Source: a virus
Lineage: Duplodnaviria > Caudoviricetes
Reading direction: 5' to 3' (one strand)
IMG/VR virus record: IMGVR_UViG_3300025282_000184
Coordinates: 1-27,936 of that record
DNA length: 27,936 nt
The notes below the pieces were generated by a model. That model searched no databases and was not told the origin of the DNA. It was given only the letters and a program-made list of their open reading frames with translations. The position numbers and the translations under genes were made by a program. Shown in pieces: positions 18,866 through 25,300 of the stretch. Position 1 is the stretch's first letter; each line of letters begins with the position of its first letter.

Positions 18866-19298
18866 AAATTGTTTGGTCTAAAATTGATTTTATCTCACCT
18901 GAAGATGTTATACTTGGGCTCAAAACTAATTCAACATAGCCTTCTTTTCCTAGAGGCCCAACAAAAAATGAAACTCTCACAGAAATCGCATTAGAATCGG
19001 TACTGTTGGAATCTTTAACATCAATATTTATATTCTTTAAAAATGGCATAAAGATATCAACTTGTTGTAAAATTCTACTTTCAATGTCTTCTTTCACAAC
19101 TATAGTATTTTCCATAAATAAATAATTTCTAAGCCCTACGCCATAATCTGGCATCATTATTCTTTCGCCAGGAGCAGTCAATAAAAGCATTTTAAGATTT
19201 TGTTTTATGATCCCATCTAAAGTATTCAACATGCTATACGGGCCGTTATCTTTATCATAATCTAAAGGCAAAGATGGAGAATAACCAATTTTAGACAT
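18864..19298 (-). CDS. Baseplate wedge / sheath initiator, GPW/gp25 family (144 aa)
   Basis: IKQNLKMLLLTAPGERIMMPDYGVGLRNYLF matches the gp25 signature (L.T..GER...P.(F/Y)G..L..(L)F); size and position next to the gp6-like gene fit. Confidence 0.95.
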   Translation of the reverse strand: MSKIGYSPSLPLDYDKDNGPYSMLNTLDGIIKQNLKMLLLTAPGERIMMPDYGVGLRNYLFMENTIVVKEDIESRILQQVDIFMPFLKNINIDVKDSNSTDSNAISVRVSFFVGPLGKEGYVELVLSPSITSSGEIKSILDQTI

Positions 19299-19305
19299 AA
19301 TACAA

Positions 19306-19312
19306 CTCCTTA
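19306..19312 (-). promoter_or_regulatory. Shine-Dalgarno (TAAGGAG) for the gp25-like gene
   Basis: Minus strand reads TAAGGAG TTGTATT ATG (7-nt spacer). Confidence 0.85.
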
Positions 19313-19348
19313 TACGTAATTATAAATTCATATAAATATTGACATATT
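19313..19348 (-). promoter_or_regulatory. Candidate internal (late) promoter in the only sizeable intergenic gap
   Basis: Minus strand AATATTTATATGAATTTATAATTACG contains a perfect TATAAT (19319-19324) and ATTTATA twice, 10 bp apart; no matching -35 box. AT-rich DNA makes chance matches likely. Confidence 0.35.
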
Positions 19349-22300
19349 TTATTCATTTTTGCATAGGTCCGTATCTGTTATTGGTTGTGATGGATCAAGA
19401 GAGTCAAAAGTCGGTGGGCCCAATTCTGTTCCTTGTTCTAATTCTCGTGATGATCTGCGCATAGCGAGCGCCACCCAGCCAATTGGAGTAATCGGGAAAG
19501 TATCAAAGCCCGGATCTATCATATTAGCCAGTATTTCAAATAACATTCTTATATTATCATGTGCCAAACCAGAATGATCTTTTTGAGTGAATGGCGCGAA
19601 GAAGCCAGGTTCTAGTCCTTCAGACCTTATTTGTTCAAGAATTTGATTTTGTTTTTCTTGGAAGGCTGAGATGCCCTTTGAGCCATACTTTTTGAAAGCA
19701 TCCGCCTGTCTAGTGTTAATCACGTTTTCTTCTAAGTTGCTTAAACCGAATTTTTTATAAGGGTCTCCGCCTGAAGATAAAAGCTCAAACAAATCAAATA
19801 AATCAACTTTTGTATTTGTGAAGAGTCTCTGCATTTTTTGATTAGTGTCAAAGGCAGTACCTTTCCTATATAAACTATAAAATAACGTGTATACGGTAAT
19901 AAATGATGCATATTGTTTAAGCGGGAAGATATAATTAAACAGAAGTTGAAATTGTGGTGAACCTTTCCCATCAGGACCATTTATCATTTTATCTTTCAAA
20001 TAATCATATATGCTTGTTACTCCCGTTAGATCGCCGGCTTTTTCTTTTTGTTGTTTTTCAATTAAATCACCAACAAAAAATTCTTTTATAAAAGTTGAAC
20101 CATCGTTTTCTTGAACCAGTTCTTTAATTTCCATTTTGGAACCATACTCTATATCGCCCAGTTTCAACGCATTGGCGGAGCGGAGTCTAACTTGATATAA
20201 TTTAATATTAAATTCTATGCCATCTTCTGCTTTGTCCTCTTCCTCAAGATAAACGTTTTCAAATCCCAACCCGGGTTGATTGGTCGTTGCATAATTGCTT
20301 TTTCGCATCTTAATTTTGAGTTCAACAGCGGCTTTTCCATTTATTGCCTCATCGTTCGAAACTGTTTCCACATAATATTGTTTTACACTGGGTGGTAGAT
20401 CTTTGTATTCTCCAATATAATTTTCAAAGATGTCTCCTTGCTGCTTGGGTTGGCTCCAATTTCCCAAAATGTCTCTCTGGCCCAAACCTGCAGAAATATA
20501 ATATAATTTAGACAACTTAAGAATATCTTGAGCAGATGATATACTAGCTAAAAATTGTTTTGCGTGGGCGCCCCATTTCGTTTTCCCGGCGCCGTCGAAC
20601 GGGCCGGCGTTTCCTTTACCAAATTGTGAAGATTCATTAATTACCAAGGGATTAATAACACTATTTGAGGCGGTAGAAGAACCACCAAATAAAAGATCTA
20701 AAATTTCAACACTTAAACCAGTGTACTCGTTTGCTTCCGACAAAGGTGTTTTAGCAACAGTGTCAACGTATACATAATCTTTAGTTGGTTCAGGCTGGGA
20801 AGCTTCTTGCATAACTTTTCTTGTAGTTGTTACGTGGTTCACATTAAGCGCTTGTATTAATTTTTTAAATTTTCCTAAGTCCTCTTGCGCTGGGAAAAGA
20901 CCAACATATGTATCACCACCCCAAGTGTTGTCATCATCTAAAAATAATGGAGTTTCGTCTTCCAACTTTGCCGGAAGGCCTTCTTGTTTGCGGAACATGG
21001 ATCCTTGACGAGACATTAACATGTCTTCATCAACTTGAAGTGTTCTATTGACTATATCTTTAGACACCTTTCCGCTCGGACCTTTGATATATTCCTCAGT
21101 GACAACATTAACTTTGCCAGACAAAATATCTTCTTCAGTAATTGTAAAATCTGGTACGAATGGGTTCTTTGTTTTATGTTCAATCTTGACTCTCCAGATA
21201 TCTAACTTGGATCTTGGATATTTCTTTTTGTCATCAGGTGTTTTGCTTGCTATGATACCGTCCCCGGGCTTGGCGATGTTGAGGTCGTCATTCCATTCTT
21301 GATCCAAGAACTTGATAACAACATCAGTTTCGGAACGTAATATTTCCACCAAAGAAGATTTGGATTGTAGACCTTCATCATTTTCATCTTCATCCTTGTA
21401 AGTCGAACTTGCTGCATCAAAAATTGGGAATTCTTTTTGGGTACCTTCTGTAATCGAAAGAGGAACTTTATAACCGGAATAAAAAGAAGGCATAAAACCG
21501 ACTCTCTCCAAAAGGTAATCAGTTTTCTTGTTAACTAATTCTCTAAAATCTATGCTATCTGCATGTTTAACCCATATTTGTGAAGGCTCCAGAGAACTTG
21601 CGGGTCCAATGCCAGGAATTTTGAAGTTTGAGCCGGCTAACGAATTGTAGCCTGGGCTCCAACGAAGATATTTACTCCAAGAATAGCCCGCGGTGGTCAT
21701 CGACCAATACGAATCTTTGAGATGACTACGGGTATCAATATTATCTGAATGTGGTCGATATTCTGCGGGGCTAGAGACAGAATCCAGTTCCGGGTTGTTG
21801 AGGGACTCTTCCCTATTAAAGCCATAAAATTCTTGTAATACGTTATCTGTAGATTCCCCATCGCCATATAAAGATGTTTTTTTATAATCACTAAAAACTT
21901 GATTTGTAAAAATGCCGGTATGTAAATATAGCGTGTTAAGGTACCCCGTCGACAAATGTTGGGCGATCATATCGGCGTTGTAATCCTCGGATCTGTTGAT
22001 AACAGACATGGGCATGCCACCCGGGTGTTTATACGGATGCATTTTGTAGGCAGTTTCATAAACTGCATTTAAGGTACCAAATCCGTTATTAATACAATCA
22101 AAAAGTTGATCAAGCTTGACCTTATTATTTTCTTTCCATGATTCAAATTCAGCTTGCGTATTGATGGGCTCATCGACCACCTCATTTATACAATATTTAA
22201 TTTGGTCCTGGATTACGCCTTTATTAAGAGTTGCTAAGGACCCGCCGTCGGCCGGTTGGGCGAATTTGCTAATAAGGTACTTTAAAAATGTTTCTTGATT

Positions 22301-25300
22301 ATCAGTGGCAACCTGATTCCAATTGTAATAATTTGGTGGATAAATATCATATATTGTCATACCGGCCGGCTTTATTAGTTGTTTTTGGCCAACAGCTGAC
22401 CATTCGGTTAAATTTGAAACCTCGCTACCGCCTGGAAAAGACGCGCCGATTTGTTTCCAAGAGGGTGATTTTTTACACCTGCTCATTTTATATGCAGCCA
22501 TGTTCTTGAAGTGAGTATCGGTTAGTGGCATATTTTCATATTTTTTGCCGTCATTTTCAAAATCATAATCAAGATACTCTACTTTAACCCCGGTACTTTC
22601 TATGCCGAAATTGTATATGTAATCCAAATAAGCTGTTTCATCAATAGATGGAAAGATTTTTTGATAATCTTTAAAGGTAAATTTTTTGCAACCGGCATTG
22701 TCGGAAGCTCCGTGTGGATATGTTCCCTCTTGTATATTACTTTCATAATCAATAATAAATTTTACATTAAAATCTGGCCGGCCTACCAGCCCAGGATGTT
22801 TTGCAGGATTATAATCTGGTCGGTCCTGCTCTCGATGCATACTTGAAATCTCTGTGTTGTCTCTCGTGAAAGGCTGTTCGTCTAATTCAACGCCTATACC
22901 CATCCATTGTGCAAATTGATTTCTCGCGTATTTTGTTGTTAATAAACCAACGTGAGCATTCCATGTATCGTGGATGCTATCATTTCCATTGGGCGCCTTG
23001 GTCCATCGTTTACTATCACCGTATCCATCAGGATCCGCATACGCTTTCTCGGAATAATTACCTAATACAAAGAGATCATTACCAACAGCTGGGTGGAAGT
23101 CGCCGTCTTTATCTGTCCATGAATAATTTGCAACATGATTGGCCCCGAGGCCATATGTTTCACCATAATAATTAATTAATGAATCTTCGACAGATGTAAT
23201 ACCCTCAAAATCTGACACATCGCCGGCGATCCCGGGCATCATCAGCCGATCACTATGTATAACTACTGGTACTAATGAACCTGCTGTTTCACCAATTACT
23301 TTACCTCCGTCATATATATCTACTGTTTCTTCAAACTTAAGATAAGCTGGATCTCTGTAACCCATGTTGAATTTGGTTCTATATACATCTGCGTCTGACG
23401 GATATTTAATGTATCTTGCTAGCTCTAAATTAAAGTTTTTGGCTTTTAGATCAGCTAATTCTTTGAAAGAACGACTTACTAGATCGGTTGCGAAACCAAG
23501 GACGGCTCCTGAGCCCGGTTTATTGACATCTGCATCCATTTCTTCATAAGTCAAAGGCATAACGAAGTATGGAATTTTTTTGGTTACCCATACAAAAGGG
23601 TCTTCTCCTCCCTTGGCCGCATCTGGATTATTGAGCTTTTCTTTATTTTGGCGCCAAACACGATAGGATTTGTGTATTGCTGGTACCCATCGATTTTCGT
23701 AAGCAGTGCTGCTAATTAATTTATTAAAGGCTTCCTCTAATTTTTCAAAAGGAATTTGGTCTGAATCCCATTCCGGATCAGCCGGTATAATCAAGTTAAG
23801 TCGTATACCCCATTTCAACTCTTTGTAAAAGGCGCTTAGGGGAAAATTATGTTGCCCGAATTGTTGTAAGAAGCCCCAACCCCCGTCACCTGCATCTTCT
23901 GCTGATTGGTTCAAGTGTTCCATCAAATCTATTGCAAATTTTTGTAAATCTCGAAGACCAAGTACTCCTCTAGCCCAATCTTTTCTAGTATATCCAGGAA
24001 GTCCAAACTCCTCTAAATTTCCATTCGGGCCGAAAGCTTTGTCAAAAGCAGTTAAAGGAAACTCAGCATTAATGCCTTCTTCCACTTCCCAGTCAACCAA
24101 CCTAACATATGGTTCAATAACAAATTCACCAAAACCAAGCTTTGTAGTTTTGTTTTTATCATACGGAAAAGCTTGAAAATCCATCTCATTTTCGTCTGCA
24201 TCGAAATAAACTGCGTCGTCAAGACCAGCGGCGCCTTGTTTTGAAGCTTGATCAATTGTCATTTGTGACTTTTGAGCCATATCAGAAATGGGATCCAATT
24301 CCGTTAAATTATATGAATCTGAATAATTGAACATATAATAACTTGTGGGCGTAGTGTCTTGGCCAAAGTTTATTCCAGAATTTCTTAAAAATCCATATTT
24401 TAAATCATCAAAGAATACTTCTTTAAGTGGCTTAATTTTCTCGGCATCGAGGGAAAATAAGGAATTGATTTTGGACCCAATATCTTGAATTTCTATAGAA
24501 GTAAGATGTTTGATCAAAACCGTGTTATCATTAAAAACTTGTTGTTTTGGATATTTTTTTGGACTAACAGAATCCCATGTAGATTTGGCTAGATATTTAC
24601 ATTCTCTTAAAAAGATATTTTTGAATACTTTAGGATCTTGTTCACCAATATAATTTTCTATGCCTATCAAAAACTGTTTTGCAAACAATTCAAGAAACAT
24701 ATCATTGTCCATGACTTCTTCAAAAACGAATCTATCGTATATAAAAATAGAACGTATTAATAATTCTGCCAAATATGTTCTTAATATTAGTTTTACAGTT
24801 CCTTCCATCATCGCGAATTCAAAAGGTCCGTTGCCGGGAGGATCTTCAAATTCACTATTTTCATTTTGCTGTTCTTCTTTGAGAAGTCTTTTACGATGCT
24901 GGACATAGCGTTTTGAAATTTGTTCTTTAATTTCGCCAATACCAATTAAATCAAAAGGTATTTTTGTTGGGTCACACAATGTTTGTGTTAATTTGTACAT
25001 CTCCTTAGTATCGAAATATTTTGAATGCGATACATACTCGCCTAAAGAACGAATTAAATTATTTGTAACCCTTGGAAAAACATAAATTTCTAGTATATCC
25101 CTTACCTTTTTTATAGATTCTATTAGATTGTCTGGAGGCGAATCGTATACACCTCTTCTTACTTCAAAAAGGTTTTTGTAAAGAATGTTCATAACATATT
25201 TTGAGAACATCCTAGCTTGTGGCAATGTTTTATTATTAGTATTAAAATCGCCCACATCCAATGGGAAATTCTCTGCAATGTTTCCTAACAAAGGATCCTT

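Noticed and set aside
17051-19298. Bacterial T6SS or eCIS (Afp/PVC) locus
   Set aside because: The wedge protein looks T4 gp6-like rather than TssF/Afp11-like, and no Tss, AAA ATPase or host genes appear; not fully excluded without wider context.
19339-19344. Perfect TTGACA on the plus strand as an antisense sigma70 promoter
   Set aside because: No -10 box at suitable spacing downstream.
23219-23230. Longer perfect palindromes (ATCGCCGGCGAT; also GGGCCGGCCC at 3665 and CCGCCGGCGG at 5611) as operator sites
   Set aside because: They are intragenic with differing flanks and are better treated as chance extensions of the enriched GCCGGC core.
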